Assembly: GCA_002269645.1 (NCBI GenBank)
Contig: NIVC01003522.1
Coordinates: 1-62,772, forward strand
DNA: 62,772 nt
Source of the DNA: Macrostomum lignano
Lineage: Eukaryota
Reading direction: 5' to 3'
In this document: positions 44,338 through 56,317 of the stretch, piece after piece
Layout: the number at the start of each line of letters is the position of its first letter
How positions within the stretch are numbered: the first letter of the stretch is position 1
Position numbers and translations under genes: made by a program
Notes under the pieces: generated by a model
What the model saw: only the letters and a program-made list of their open reading frames with translations
The model's database searches: none
What the model was told of the DNA's origin: nothing

Positions 44338-45306
44338 ATGAGTGAGTCCAGCTCTCCCGACAGCCCGACGGCCTCCAGCGCCTCTGCCGGTGTCTCCAAC
44401 GGAAAGACGGCGGCCTCGCCGGTCCTCAGTCCCGGTAGCGAGCCGTCACTGCCGATCATGCACCGGCCAGCCGGGCCCAAGTCGCGCCGGCCGCCAACTC
44501 AGCTGCTGACGGCGCAGCACGACGGCTCCGCCTCCTCTCCAGCCTCGGGCGATGAGCCGCCTCCGACAACCGCAGCTTCCGTTGTACGCCGACCAATCGG
44601 CCCGAAGTCGCGTCGGCCGCCGACACAGCTTCTGCAGTCGCAGCGGGAAGCCGCGGCCTCCTCGACAACCTCCGTCGATGAGGCGACAGAGGAAGCGGAA
44701 ATCAAATCGGAGGCGGAAGCGGAGAAGGCCGCCTCAGACTGCGAGGATGCCGATGACATCTGCTTGGACCCGGTGGCTGAGGTCCAGGATGAGGACGTTG
44801 TGGCGGCGCCGGCGCCGGTAAGTCGGCCGCGGAACCTGCCGAAGGGCGCGGTGCCCATGCTGCCCGGGTTCGGCGGCGGCGGCATCGGCCTGCTGAAGCC
44901 ACGACTGCCCAGGCAGCAGCCGGAGACGAGTGTAGCGGATCCCGACGGCACCACGGTCGCCGGCACCTCCCCGGACTCCCCAGCAGGAGCAGCTGAGGAG
45001 CCTCCAAAACCGAGGCTGCGACCGGCGCGCGCGGGTCCAGCAATGCCGCCGCCTCCGTCGGTAGCGGCGACCGACCTCTTGGCGCTGCGCCAGCAGCTGC
45101 GGAAGACGCCAGCCGCCGCGCCCAAGCCTTCGTCGCCGCCGCAGTCGCCGCCGTCTTTATCGACGCTGCCGCGGCCGGCATCGGAGGGCGACAGTCAGGA
45201 AAAGAAGTCCACGGGGCCGCCGCCGCGCCCGCCTCCACCCGTCATCAGGCCGAAGCCGCGGGCGGCCAAGGGTGAGCGAAGGCCGAAACCATTCAGATGT
45301 TTTTGA
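44338..45306 (+). CDS. Proline-rich disordered protein with two RP(A/I)GPKSRRPPT (CPI-like) motifs; may splice at 45271 to an unlocated exon
   Basis: Acceptor-like ccacAG 7 nt before ATG 44338; GC-rich codon usage; duplicated GPKSRRPPTQLL; LRQQLRKT; PPPRPPPP; donor aag g|GTGAGC at 45272. Confidence 0.75.
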   Translation: MSESSSPDSPTASSASAGVSNGKTAASPVLSPGSEPSLPIMHRPAGPKSRRPPTQLLTAQHDGSASSPASGDEPPPTTAASVVRRPIGPKSRRPPTQLLQSQREAAASSTTSVDEATEEAEIKSEAEAEKAASDCEDADDICLDPVAEVQDEDVVAAPAPVSRPRNLPKGAVPMLPGFGGGGIGLLKPRLPRQQPETSVADPDGTTVAGTSPDSPAGAAEEPPKPRLRPARAGPAMPPPPSVAATDLLALRQQLRKTPAAAPKPSSPPQSPPSLSTLPRPASEGDSQEKKSTGPPPRPPPPVIRPKPRAAKGERRPKPFRCF

Positions 45307-45764
45307 AGGCCGATTATTCATAATCCTGCTGTGCCAATAATACTAGGCATTGTCAATCGGCCTTCAAAACGCTTGCGCATTCTTAGATAGGCATCTGCAG
45401 CAAATAAACTTGAGCTCACCTCCATTCGCGCCCCCCCCCCAGTTTCAGATGAGGCAGCCAAAGCCGCGTCTTCCGAGTGACTCGCCGAAACCCGCCCTAG
45501 CCGCTCCCCTCCTCGCCGCGCCCGTCGCCGACCAGCCAACGAACTGCGACTTCGCCATTCCTGTGACTTGGATAAAGCGTGCCGTTCCCACCTGTTTGTA
45601 TGCCCTCGCTTTCACTATTTCAGTTTCTCTTATGTGATTTTTTCATTGGGATTCGAGCATAATAAATACAGCGAGCCTGAGTTCGATTCTAACCAGCGTT
45701 TTGTTGAGTCTGATTTCATTTTCTGAGACTGTATTACAGGTAGAGGCTTGAGAGCGAAAAGTCT

Positions 45765-46457
45765 GGGAGTGAGCCAAGGACTACTATAGGGATCTGTTAT
45801 CTGGAGATGAGAGTCCGGGAGCGAGTCAAGGACTACTATAGGGATCTGTTATCTGGAGATGAGAGTCCGGGAGTGAGCCAAGGACTACTATAGGGATCTG
45901 TTATCTGGAGATGAGAGTCCGGGAGTGAGCCAAGGACTACTATAGGGATCTGTTATCTGGAGATGAGAGTCCGGGAGTGAGCCAAGGACTACTATAGGGA
46001 TCTGTTATCTGGAGATGAGAGTCCGGGAGTGAGCCAAGGACTACTATAGGGATCTGTTATCTGGAGATGAGAGTCCGGGAGTGAGCCAAGGACTACTATA
46101 GGGATCTGTTATCTGGAGATGAGAGTCCGGGAGCGAGCCAAGGACTACTATAGGGATCTGTTATCTGGAGATGAGAGTCCGGGAGCGAGCCAAGGACTAC
46201 TATAGGGATCTGTTATCTGGAGATGAGAGTCCGGGAGCGAGCCAAGGACTACTATAGGGATCTGTTATCTGGAGATGAGAGTCCGGGAGCGAGCCAAGGA
46301 CTACTATAGGGATCTGTTATCTGGAGATGAGAGTCCGGGAGCGAGCCAAGGACTACTATAGGGATCTGTTATCTGGAGATGAGAGTCCGGGAGTGAGCCA
46401 AGGACTACTATAAGGATCTGTTATCTGGAGATGAGAGTCCGGGAGCGAGCCAAGGAC
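45765..46457. repeat. 52-bp minisatellite, ~13 units
   Basis: GGGAGTGAGCCAAGGACTACTATAGGGATCTGTTATCTGGAGATGAGAGTCC. Confidence 0.96.
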
Positions 46458-46992
46458 CACTAAGGTTCTGTAGCAGCAGATTCAAATTCAAATTATTTTT
46501 TAGGCCGGTTTTCGCTACGGAGGGCATATTGGCAAGGCAGAAATGTTTGCAGTGTTTCCAGCAATAAATTGCTTTTTTGCTCACCTTCTAGGCTGCTGAG
46601 TAGCAAACGAAGCCTTGAACCGGCGAGTTTGACTCTCTAGTCTTTCGGGGTAAATCTAAAGAAACAACCAATTAACTCTTGAAGCAAAGAACTGTTACTT
46701 TTTTGCAGCATTCTCTAAACGAAATGTAATATTGGCATAAAAAATGAATTGTAATTTGCTAAAACTGTTTCAAAAGCGAAGTGAGGTGTTGCCCCTATAA
46801 AAAATCCATTTCAAAAAGCGGCTTGAGAAGAGTAGAAATAAAACTCCTGTAAAACATTTGTAGTATTTATTGCCAAATTGGCTCTTTCGACAAAAATTTT
46901 CTCGGCCTGGTCTTCAGCCTTGAGTATGATCTTTTCTGGGGGGGGGGGCTGCGTTAGAGAATCTTAATCATCCAGTTCCTTTAATTCCACAG

Positions 46993-47190
46993 CCCCAGGC
47001 AGGCGACGCCGACCCCGCCGCAGCAGCCCGAGGCGAGCACGGGCCGCAGCGGCCCAGTCTTGCTCGTCTTTGATTGGTCAGCGAGAATCAGCCAATCAGG
47101 TCCCGCTGGTAGTTCCGAGTGCCGCCATTGGCGGATCAGCCGCCAACCTATGAGAAGGCGCTGCACCCTGCACTGCACATGCCGCTGAGT
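46993..47190 (+). pseudogene. Internally deleted pseudogene of the tetraspan gene at 48674
   Basis: 5' part CAGGCGACGCCGACCCCG matches CAGGCGATGCCGACTCCG (ATG to ACG); 3' part GAATCAGCCAATCAGGTCCCGCTGGTAGTTCCGAG...GCCGCCATTGGC...ACCTATGAG matches the 49200-49300 region with a 20-nt deletion; all TM-coding sequence is missing. Confidence 0.75.
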
Positions 47191-47749
47191 TGGGACAGCT
47201 CGTGACCTGATTTTGGCTGATAGCCTCGGAATTGGCATCGTTTGTAGTGAAGAATAGGTTTACCTCATCTTGTAGTGGTAGGCTAAATGTGTTCTGACAT
47301 TAAATATTTTATAGTGCATTTGTTATTCGCTTGCTCGCATTCTCAAGCTTATCTGCTATATATTATCTGCATTTAGGCCCAGCAGTTTCACTTGTGTCAG
47401 GATCCATACATGGTTATTAAGTTGCGAGTTTGTTTTATTATACAATTCTTATATTGCTCGCATCAGTCTGCCGAAACCAGTATTCCGAACCGGATTCTGT
47501 AAGCGCACATTGTGCTGCGGAGATTCTTTGCCTTTTAGACCGGCTTTTTGCTGCTTTGCTTTTTACAGCTTTTCAACTCGCTTAGCTGCCCGGTCTGTTT
47601 GGCCTGACGCTGGATTTGTTGCTTTGCATCCATAGGCAATGCTGAATTGACCTGCGTCCTGCAAAGTCAGGAATAGCAATAAAAGAATAGAAATTCTCTC
47701 AGAGAGCAAATTCGGCTAGTCTTCTTTGTTTTGATCATTTTGTAGCTGG

Positions 47750-48495
47750 TAGGGAATCGGGTGGGGGGCGTAGTGAGGCTGGGAGGAGCTGGCAGAGAAT
47801 CTGGTGGGGGGGGGGCGGAGTGAGACTGGGAGGAGCTGGCAGAGAATCGGGTGGGGGGCGGAGTGAGACTGGGAGGAGCTGGCAGAGAATCGGGGGGGGC
47901 GCAGTGAGTCTGGGAGGAGCTGGTAGAGAATCGGGTGGGGGGGCGGAGTGAGTCTGGGAGGAGCTGGTAGAGAATCGGGGGGGGGCGGAGTGAGTCTGGG
48001 AGGAGCTGGTAGAGAATCGGGTGGGGGCGGAGTGAGGCTGAGAGGAGCTGGCAGAGAATCGGGTGGGGGCGGAGTGAGTCTGGGAGGAGCTGGTAGAGAA
48101 TCGGGTGGGGGGCGGAGTGAGGCTGGGAGGAGCTAGCAGAGAATCGGGTGGGGGCGGAGTGAGTCTGGGAGGAGCTGGTAGAGAATCGGGTGGGGACGGA
48201 GTAAGGCTGGGAGGAGCTGGCAGAGAATCGGGTGGGGGCGGAGTGAGACTGGGAGGAGCTGGTAGAGAATCGGGTGGGGGGCGGAGTGAGACTGGGAGGA
48301 GCTGGTAGAGAATCGGGTGGGGCGGAGTGAGTCTGGGAGGAGCTGGTAGAGAATCGGGTGGGGGGGGGCGGAGTGAGACTGGGAGGAGCTGGTAGAGAAT
48401 CGGGTGGGGGGGGGGCGGAGTGAGTCTGGGAGGAGCTGGTAGAGAATCGGGTGGGGGGGGGCGGAGTGAGGCTGGGAGGAGCTGGCAGAGAATCA
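47750..48495. repeat. ~42-bp G-rich minisatellite
   Basis: GGGCGGAGTGAGTCTGGGAGGAGCTGGTAGAGAATCGGGTGG with variable G runs. Confidence 0.95.
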
Positions 48496-48673
48496 GACAG
48501 CAATGGACTGGGACAGTGAACTGGTAGCAGAATTAAGAGCACAGCGTGGACAGCTTTAACTAACTAGAGTGTTGACCGATGCGCATTTGAGCTACTTTCA
48601 CCGCAAAAGCACCTCCCGTGCTCGCCCGATTTCTGCCGCTGCGGCAGCCCCTTTCGGAGCCCGCAGTCAGGCG

Positions 48674-49333
48674 ATGCCGACTCCGCAGCCGCCTCTGAAG
48701 ACAGCAGGCCGCGAATCCATCCTGGGCTTCATGCTGGCTACCTTCGGCCTGGCGTCCCTTGTTGGCTGCTGCATCCTGATCGGCAGAGACCGGCCGGACC
48801 TCTTGTACCTGATCGTCTACCTGCTGCACTCCACCTGCCTCGCAGCTGCCGGTCTCGCAACTCTGCCGCTCTGCTGTTTGTGCGGGCAGCGGCAGCGCAG
48901 CATCCGTCTGCTCAAGGCCAGCTCCATCTTATCTCTAGTCGCCTCTGTCTCCTGCGTAGCGCTTTTGCTGCTTTTCTGGAGATTAAAGCTGTATGAAAGG
49001 ACCCTGCCGCGCCTGAAAGGTGACCCCTTGCTGATCTTCCTCGGCCTGTTCGTCTCACTGCTGCTGCAGCTGCTGCTGACTCTGGCGCACTGCTTCCGGT
49101 GCAGGGCCACTCTGCGCCGCCTGCAGCTGCCGCTGACCCATGGCACCGCGCTGATTGGCCCACAAGTAGCCACGGCTGCCCAGGGCCCGTTTCTGATTGT
49201 TCAGCAAGAATCAGCCAATCAGGTGCCGCTTGTAGTTCCGAGTACCCCGGCTAGCAGCAACGTGCCGCCATTGGCTGATCTGCCGCCGACCTATGAGGAG
49301 GCGATGTCTCAGCAGCCGGGCCCGACGGTTTAA
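48674..49333 (+). CDS. Tetraspan membrane protein A (MS4A/CD20-like topology), C-terminal PPxY
   Basis: Single exon, ~219 aa from MPTPQ; four hydrophobic segments; LPLC motif ending TM2; tail LPPTYEEA. Confidence 0.8.
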   Translation: MPTPQPPLKTAGRESILGFMLATFGLASLVGCCILIGRDRPDLLYLIVYLLHSTCLAAAGLATLPLCCLCGQRQRSIRLLKASSILSLVASVSCVALLLLFWRLKLYERTLPRLKGDPLLIFLGLFVSLLLQLLLTLAHCFRCRATLRRLQLPLTHGTALIGPQVATAAQGPFLIVQQESANQVPLVVPSTPASSNVPPLADLPPTYEEAMSQQPGPTV

Positions 49334-50129
49334 GTTATGGCAGACTGCCTTGCAGCCTCACCTGAGCATCACCCGTGTAGCTGAGACTTTGTGCTGTCAG
49401 AACTTTTAGGCTTATTATCTATTTATTGATCATAGTTTATCTGCTTTAATTTTTTATAGATGCATAACTTCATGCGTTTTATGCCCAGCGCTTTGGATTT
49501 TATTCTGCAGCAGTTCCTCACCACCTCTGCTCTGCTGGTTTGGATTCAAAATTTGCTCCTCTCGAAGGGAATCGACGATTGGCGCTGCACTGCTTCAGTG
49601 GGGTGCAGCGAACATTATCTTGGGGATTCTCCAGGGTCTAAATGAGGGACAGAAACCGGCTCAATTCGTCCGCTAATTCGTCCCATGACGAGTCCCACAT
49701 AAGATGTTTACCTGTTTTCTAGCTTCAGTTGCCTGTGCAGCTCTAATCCCTGGCATGTAACATTGTAATCTCTGCTCTCCGCTTTGCAGCTGCAATTTGA
49801 ACTCATTTTCTACTCAGCAAGCATCGCATACTTCTGTTAATCTGCCGGTTCGGCTGCACAAATATTGCAATAAATGCTTTATAATCTGTTTTGAGTCTTG
49901 TAGGTGCTGTCGTTCATTTATTATTTTCAAGGTAAACGAAATTCGTTCGTTAGAAAGTTAGAAAGCGTTCAGTGTCGCATAGGAAAGTTGATTGCGTTAC
50001 ATATCGGCCGTGTTTTACTTCAGTTGCGAGGGTAGTCAGTGTTACTGAATCCAAATTTGCTGCTCCTTCCCTTTTGCACGCAGGCCTCCAAAGCAGTGAG
50101 CCGGCAGCAGGACCCACAGCCAGACAGGC

Positions 50130-51061
50130 ATGTCTCCAATCCACCTCCCCATCTCCAGCGAGTCCTTCACGGGCGGCCTGCAGGGCTCCGCCGGCCTCTT
50201 CCTGCTGGTCGCCCAGACGATCGCCCTGGTCCGCGGCTGCGTCACCTTCACGGCTAGCCTGAGCTTCTTACTCTTGACGGCCCTCTCCGCTGCTGCCGCC
50301 GGCTGCGTGCTGCTGCCGCTGTGGCGCAAAACATTCGCAGCGTCCGCTTCTTCAAGCAGCTCACCGCAGCCTCCCTGCTGCTCACCGCAGCCTCCCTGCT
50401 GCTCACCGCAGCCTCCCTGCTGCTCACCGCAGCCTCCCTGCTGCTCACCGCAGCCTCCCTGCTGCTCACCGCAGCCTCCCTGCTGCTCACCGCAGCCTCC
50501 CTGCTGCTCACCGCAGCCTCCCTGCTGCTCACCGCAGCCTCCCTGCTGCTCACCGCAGCCTCCCTGCTGCTCACCGCAGCCTCCCTGCTGCTCACCGCAG
50601 CCTCCCTGCTGCTCACCGCAGCCTCCCTGCTGCTCACCGCAGCCTCCCTGCTGCTCACCGCAGCCTCCCTGCTGCTCACCGCAGCCTCCCTGCTGCTCAC
50701 CGCAGCCTCCCTGCTGCTCACCGCAGCCTCCCTGCTGCTCACCGCAGCCTCCCTGCTGCTCACCGCAGCCTCCCTGCTGCTCACCGCAGCCTCCCTGCTG
50801 CTCACCGCAGCCTCCCTGCTGCTCACCGCCGCATCGATGCTGCTCACCGTGCTGACCATTGTGCAGTTCATCAAAGAGGCCACGCGGGACGATGGCGATG
50901 CCGATGACGACGGCGACGACGATGACGATGGCGATGGCGACGGGCCGCGCCAGCAGTGCCTGCAGCTCACCAGCATCTTTGGCATCGTCTTGTTGCTGCT
51001 CATTGCCACGTGCGGCGCCACCTTGCTGGTGCACTTCTGCCGCATCGCCTACGTCTTCTAG
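50130..51061 (+). CDS. Tetraspan membrane protein B, 1-nt frameshift near 50320, in-frame (LTAASLL)22 expansion in TM3
   Basis: 50130-frame gives TM1-TM2 to LPLW; 50321-frame gives AQNIRSVRFFKQ(LTAASLL)22LTAASMLLTVL...acidic loop...CLQLTSIFGIVLLLL; aligns to paralogues' LPLCRRDYRSLRYYR. Confidence 0.65.
50360..50842 (+). repeat. 21-bp coding tandem repeat, 22 perfect + 1 diverged unit
   Basis: CTCACCGCAGCCTCCCTGCTG. Confidence 0.97.
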
Positions 51062-51082
51062 TCCAACAGTCCAACACACATG

Positions 51083-51642
51083 CTGTCAGTGATGCTGTGA
51101 ATGATGCTGTCAGTGATTCTGTCAGTGATTCTGTCAGTAATTCTGTCAGTAATGCTGTCAGTGATTCTGTCAGTAATTCTGTCAGTAATGCTGTCAGTGA
51201 TGCTGTCAGTGATGCTGTCAGTGATTCTGTCAGTAATTCTGTCAGTAATGCTGTCAGTGATGCTGTCAGTGATGCTGTCAGTGATTCTGTCAGTAATTCT
51301 GTCAGTAATGCTGTCAGTGATGCTGTCAGTGATGCTGTCAGTGATTCTGTCAGTGATTCTGTCAGTGATGCTGTCAGTGATTCTGTCAGTGATTCTGTCA
51401 GTAATTCTGTCAGTAATGCTGTCAGTGATGCTGTCAGTGATGCTGTCAGTGATTCTGTCAGTGATTCTGTCAGTGATGCTGTCAGTGATTCTGTCAGTGA
51501 TTCTGTCAGTAATTCTGTCAGTAATGCTGTCAGTGATTCTGTCAGTAATTCTGTCAGTAATGCTGTCAGTGATGCTGTCAGTGATGCTGTCAGTGATTCT
51601 GTCAGTGATTCCGTCAGTGATGCTGTCAGTGACATTGTCAGT
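51083..51642. repeat. 12-bp minisatellite
   Basis: CTGTCAGT(G/A)AT(G/T). Confidence 0.95.
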
Positions 51643-52267
51643 GAGAGGCTGCGAGTGTGTCAGTCTTCGGTGTCATAGCAAATGTTTTACATATTTCCTC
51701 TGCTCAACAAGTGAATTTTGCTTGGAAGTAATTTATTATTAGACATTATTAGACATGTATACATAATATTAGATATATATCTACATATATCAGGTGTTTA
51801 TTCGAGAATTTTGTCCACATCCGTCTGGTACCATGCAGCAGCCCGAGCTCTTTTTTATCAGCCATTACAAGTATATTTAGCACAGTAATGTTCTGTATGA
51901 TTTTCATTTTTAATTGCTTTTTGTGTTCGCTTTTAACTATCATTGGCCTCAGCGATGGCTGGCTCATATCTGATTTTTTTGTCAATATGGGATACCCGCC
52001 TCGCGTGCCATTGCCTGTTTTTACGAGTATATCGGCCTTTGCAGCAGCTGTTTTCTAAGTTCAAAAAACGTTTTCACCAGCCTGAGCTTGGCTGAGCGCC
52101 ACCAGATCTTCTTTTGTGTTGCTTCTTTTGAAAAGCTGGCTTATCAATGTAAGGTTATCAAGTTAAATTTAGCCGTAATCGCAGCGAGTTATTGCTTGGA
52201 AGGCACATTTTTAGGTATATCAGGTATTTACTCGGGTGATGGATGGTCACTGGATTCGCTCAGGTTG

Positions 52268-52605
52268 CCCTCCCCATCTGCTCAGTCTGGCCATAGGCAC
52301 AGATGAGCGCCTGATGCCTCACTACCCTCCCATCTGCTCACAGATGAGCGCCTGATGCTCCACTGCCCTCTCCATCTGCTCACAGATGAGCGCCTGATGC
52401 CCCACTGCCCTCCCATCTGCTCACAGATGAGCGCCTGATGCCCCACTGCCCTCCCATCTGCTCACAGATGAGCGCCTGATGCCCCACTGCCCTCCCATCT
52501 GCTCACAGATGAGCGCCTGATGCCCCACTGCCCTCCCATCTGCTCACAGATGAGCGCCTGATGCCCCACTGCCCTCCCATCTGCTCACAGATGAGCGCCT
52601 GATGC
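52268..52605. repeat. 41-bp minisatellite, ~8 units
   Basis: CCCTCCCATCTGCTCACAGATGAGCGCCTGATGCCCCACTG. Confidence 0.95.
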
Positions 52606-52664
52606 CTTTTTGCTTTTTTGTCTCTTACGAGCTTAGAGATTTTTGTGTCAGCAATAATGTCTAT

Positions 52665-53390
52665 TAGCAAAAGCTCAGTAGCAAGACTTCATTAGCAACA
52701 GCTCATTGGCAACAGCTCATTAGCAACAGTTCATTAGCAACAGCTCATTAGCAACAGCTCATTAGCAACAGCTCATTAGCAACACTTCATTAGCAACAGC
52801 TCATTAGCAAGACTTCATTAGCAACAGCTCATTAGCAACAGCTCATTAGCAACAGTTCATTAGCAACAGCTCATTAGCAACAGCTCATTAGCAACAGCTC
52901 ATTAGCAACACTTCATTAGCAACAGCTCATTAGCAAGACTTCATTAGCAACAGCTCATTAGCAACAGCTCATTAGCAACAGTTCATTAGCAACAGCTCAT
53001 TAGCAACAGCTCATTAGCAACACTTCATTAGCAACAGCTCATTAGCAACAGTTCATTAGCAACACTTCATTAGCAACACTTCATTAGCAACAGCTCATTA
53101 GCAACAGCTCATTAGCAACAGTTCATTAGCAACAGCTCATTAGCAACAGCTCATTAGCAACAGCTCATTAGCAACAGCTCATTAGCAACAGCTCATTAGC
53201 AACAGCTCATTAGCAACAGCTCATTAGCAACAGCTCATTAGCAACAGTTCATTAGCAACAGCTCATTAGCAACAGCTCATTAGCAACAGCTCATTAGCAA
53301 CAGCTCATTAGCAACAGCTCATTAGCAACAGCTCAGTAGCAACACTTCATTAGCAACAGCTCATTAGCAACACTTCATTAGCAACAGCTC
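52665..53390. repeat. 14-bp minisatellite, ~50 units
   Basis: CATTAGCAACAGCT. Confidence 0.96.
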
Positions 53391-53507
53391 CTTTACAAGT
53401 CTTACATACACACGCACTACTTAAGTAGGCACTGCAGTGTTTAGGAAAAAGCCGCATAAATGTACACTGCCGTCCCCACAGCTGCAGCCGCGCGACCGCC
53501 GGTCGCC

Positions 53508-54128
53508 ATGTCGCACTGCCCGGTCGCGCCGCTGTCCATCTTTGGCGGCGTCTTCACCGCCTTCGGTGTGGCCACCTTCTTTGGCAGCCTGGCATTCGTG
53601 GCCCGCGGCTGCCACAGCTGGACCGGCCTGCTGCACTGCTGCCTGCTGCTTGGTGGCGTCACCATCGCTGCCGGGGTCGCTGCGCTGCCGCTGTGCCGCC
53701 GGGACTACCGGAGCCTGCGCTACTACCGCGGCCTCGCCATCGCCGTCCTGCTGCTCTCCGCCGCCTCCTTCGGCCTGGCCATCGCCGGCAGCACGCTGTT
53801 CTGGCTCAACTTCGCCGCCGGGGTGGACGGCGTTCTCGCCAACCGCGCCTGCGATGGCATGGGCAGCTTCATGTTCTACATCATGACCGCCGCCCTCGGC
53901 CTCATCCTCAGCTTCTCGCAGATGCTGATGGCTTTTGCCGTCTGCTGCAGTCTGAAGCCGCAGCCGCCTGTCCTGGCTGGGGTTGCCTTCCACGCCTCCG
54001 CGCCCAGCTCCGCCCCGGCGTCCACCAGCGTTCAGCTTCCTTCAGCATCTTCAGATGGCGCTGATGCCGCAGCACCTCTAGTGCCGGGCGACGGGCTCTC
54101 TGCTGCGCCACCTGTGACTCTGTGCTGA
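53508..54128 (+). CDS. Tetraspan membrane protein C (intact, ~206 aa)
   Basis: MSHCPVAP...; four TM segments; LPLCRRDY; Cys before TM4 (RACDG); acceptor ccccacAG at 53481. Confidence 0.85.
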   Translation: MSHCPVAPLSIFGGVFTAFGVATFFGSLAFVARGCHSWTGLLHCCLLLGGVTIAAGVAALPLCRRDYRSLRYYRGLAIAVLLLSAASFGLAIAGSTLFWLNFAAGVDGVLANRACDGMGSFMFYIMTAALGLILSFSQMLMAFAVCCSLKPQPPVLAGVAFHASAPSSAPASTSVQLPSASSDGADAAAPLVPGDGLSAAPPVTLC

Positions 54129-54202
54129 TGTTGGTGGCGGCTTCTCGGTTTACCGTTCTGTGTTGTCTGGAGTGTGTGAGCATTTTCCAATGCAATTTCT
54201 AG

Positions 54203-54692
54203 CCGCAGATGCTGGAAGATGCAGATGTGGTTTCGCACTGATGCTAGTGATGCAGGCTAGAAGCTGCAGATGTGGTTGCGCACTGATGCTAGTGATGCAG
54301 GCTAGAAGCTGCAGATGTGGTTGCGCACTGATGCTAGTGATGCAGGCTAGAAGCTGCAGATGTGGTTGCGCACTGATGCTAGTGATGCAGGCTAGAAGCT
54401 GCAGATGTGGTTTCGCACTGATGCTAGTGATGCAGGCTAGAAGCTGCAGATGTGGTTGCGCACTGATGCTAGTGATGCAGGCTAGAAGCTGCAGATGTGG
54501 TTGCGCACTGATGCTAGTGATGCAGGCTAGAAGCTGCAGATGTGGTTGCGCACTGATGCTAGTGATGCAGGCTAGAAGCTGCAGATGTGGTTTCGCACTG
54601 ATGCTAGTGATGCAGGCTAGAAGCTGCAGATGTGGTTTCGCACTGATGCTAGTGATGCAGATGCTGGCTGGGCACTGATGCTAGTGATGCAG
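54203..54692. repeat. 45-bp minisatellite
   Basis: GCTAGAAGCTGCAGATGTGGTTGCGCACTGATGCTAGTGATGCAG. Confidence 0.95.
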
Positions 54693-55322
54693 GCGTAGCC
54701 AGTGCCACAACAGCCTGTGGAGTTTTACAAGAACTACAAGTACATCACGTACTTTACTTGACTTGGCTGCAGGGCCGCGCCGGTCGCGTGCGGGAGAATC
54801 TCACTCTGTCATCGTTAATAAACCGTATCTTGTGCAATACTCGTCTCCTGGCTCTCGTTTTTGCTTTTAGTGTCGCTTCGTGTTCTGCATCGGTGTCCTT
54901 GTCCAATACAGGCTGTACTTTTACTGCCACCCCGTACCCCTGCTTTTTTGTCCATAGTTTGTGCCCGGATGAGGAAAATACACTGAGAAAGCTTATTTTG
55001 TTACGATTTTCTGTTGTGCTCCGGAGGTCCCGTTGTGTTTTTTGGTCATTTGATTACTTGAACTCCGTTATACCAAGCTTTGGATAAAAGTTCAGGTAGA
55101 ATTTGCCAAACTGAGCCTTGGATAAAAGTTCAGTTACAATATCGTCAATTTCCAATTTCCAGGTGATAAATCTGCAATTCCTGTAACATTTTGAGGTTTT
55201 TAGCGATTCTGTCTTTTAAAAAATTTCAAGCTCACGCAGTTACGGCATTGCCATTGCCTCGGATCTTCCCGCCCTTTCAAATCCCGCGCTCTCCATCCGC
55301 ACCTGCAGCCGCCGTCTTCGCA

Positions 55323-55953
55323 ATGCGGGGTTCCCTTCGCCCCGCACATCATATCCGCCGCTCTGTTGTCCGCCTGTGGCCTCTTCAGCCTGTGGAAGAG
55401 CGTCCAGTTTTTGGCGGCCGGCTGCGGCCTGCTGTCCGGCCCGCTGGGAATATGCGCCAGCGTCGTGGCTGTCTTCGCCTTTGGCGCCGTGCTGCCCCTG
55501 TGCCGCCGCGACTACACCAGCCTGAGCTGCCACCGGTGCCTCATCGCCGTCAGCCTGCCGCTGTCCGCGCTCACCCTCTGCCTCTGCTGCGCCTCTTGCG
55601 CAGCTGCGGGCGTCGACATGGCCAGGGAGAGCAGCAAGGCGGAAGGCTGCTACTCCGCACTGGCGCCGTTCGTTATCTGCCTCGTCCTCACCGGCGTGCT
55701 GGCCCTGTGCCACTGCTTCATTGTCGCCCTCCTGCTGTACCGTCTGCGGGCAGCGCGGCAGCCGCCCGCCAGCGACTCCGCCGACTACCAGCCGCCCCAG
55801 CGCCAGCGGCCGCTGCTCCGCCCCGCCCGGCGGAACCGGCCGGCCGCTGCCGCGCTGCCAGTCCCGTCCGCCCCGCTGGCCGACTCGGTGGACAAAGCTG
55901 CCCAGCTTCCCTCCTATGAGGATGCTGTGAGGATGTGTGAGCGCTCCCCATGA
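55323..55953 (+). CDS. Tetraspan membrane protein D; start needs a 1-nt correction in G4 (55327-55330); tail PSAP + LPSY
   Basis: ATG CGG (G)GTT CCC TTC GCC CCG gives MRVPFAPH, aligned to paralogue CPVAP; LPLCRRDY; EGCYS; VPSAP; LPSYEDAV. Confidence 0.78.
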
Positions 55954-56317
55954 CCCTGGGGTGGCGAGCGAGCAAACAAAGCGAGCGAGCGGCAGATAAG
56001 CTGGGCTGCAGAGTTTTCCCTGCCGCGATTGACTTTGAATTTTGCTGCTGAGCTGCCGCGCTTGCTAGCGCCTTGAATAAGCAAACCAGTCACGAGCTGC
56101 ATAGCTTGGGCATGCAGTTGATCAGCAGCTTTAGACTTATTTGTTGCTTTTTGTCTTCATATTTTATACTATGATTTGTGACGATGCTTTTGTTTTTGTT
56201 TCATTACAAATCATTCCAAATATTTTGATCTTTATTGCGGTTAAATGTTAGCCAAATTTTTATTGAGCTGTCAGATCTACAGATTGACACACGAAGTGTC
56301 AGTTAGTATGAATATCT

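Noticed and set aside
47261-47268. ATGAG|GTAAAC (minus) as KAP3 first exon; also CCTCAG|GTAAGA at ~44058
   Set aside because: Phase fits but there is no homology support; the 44058 candidate has an in-frame stop and no ATG.
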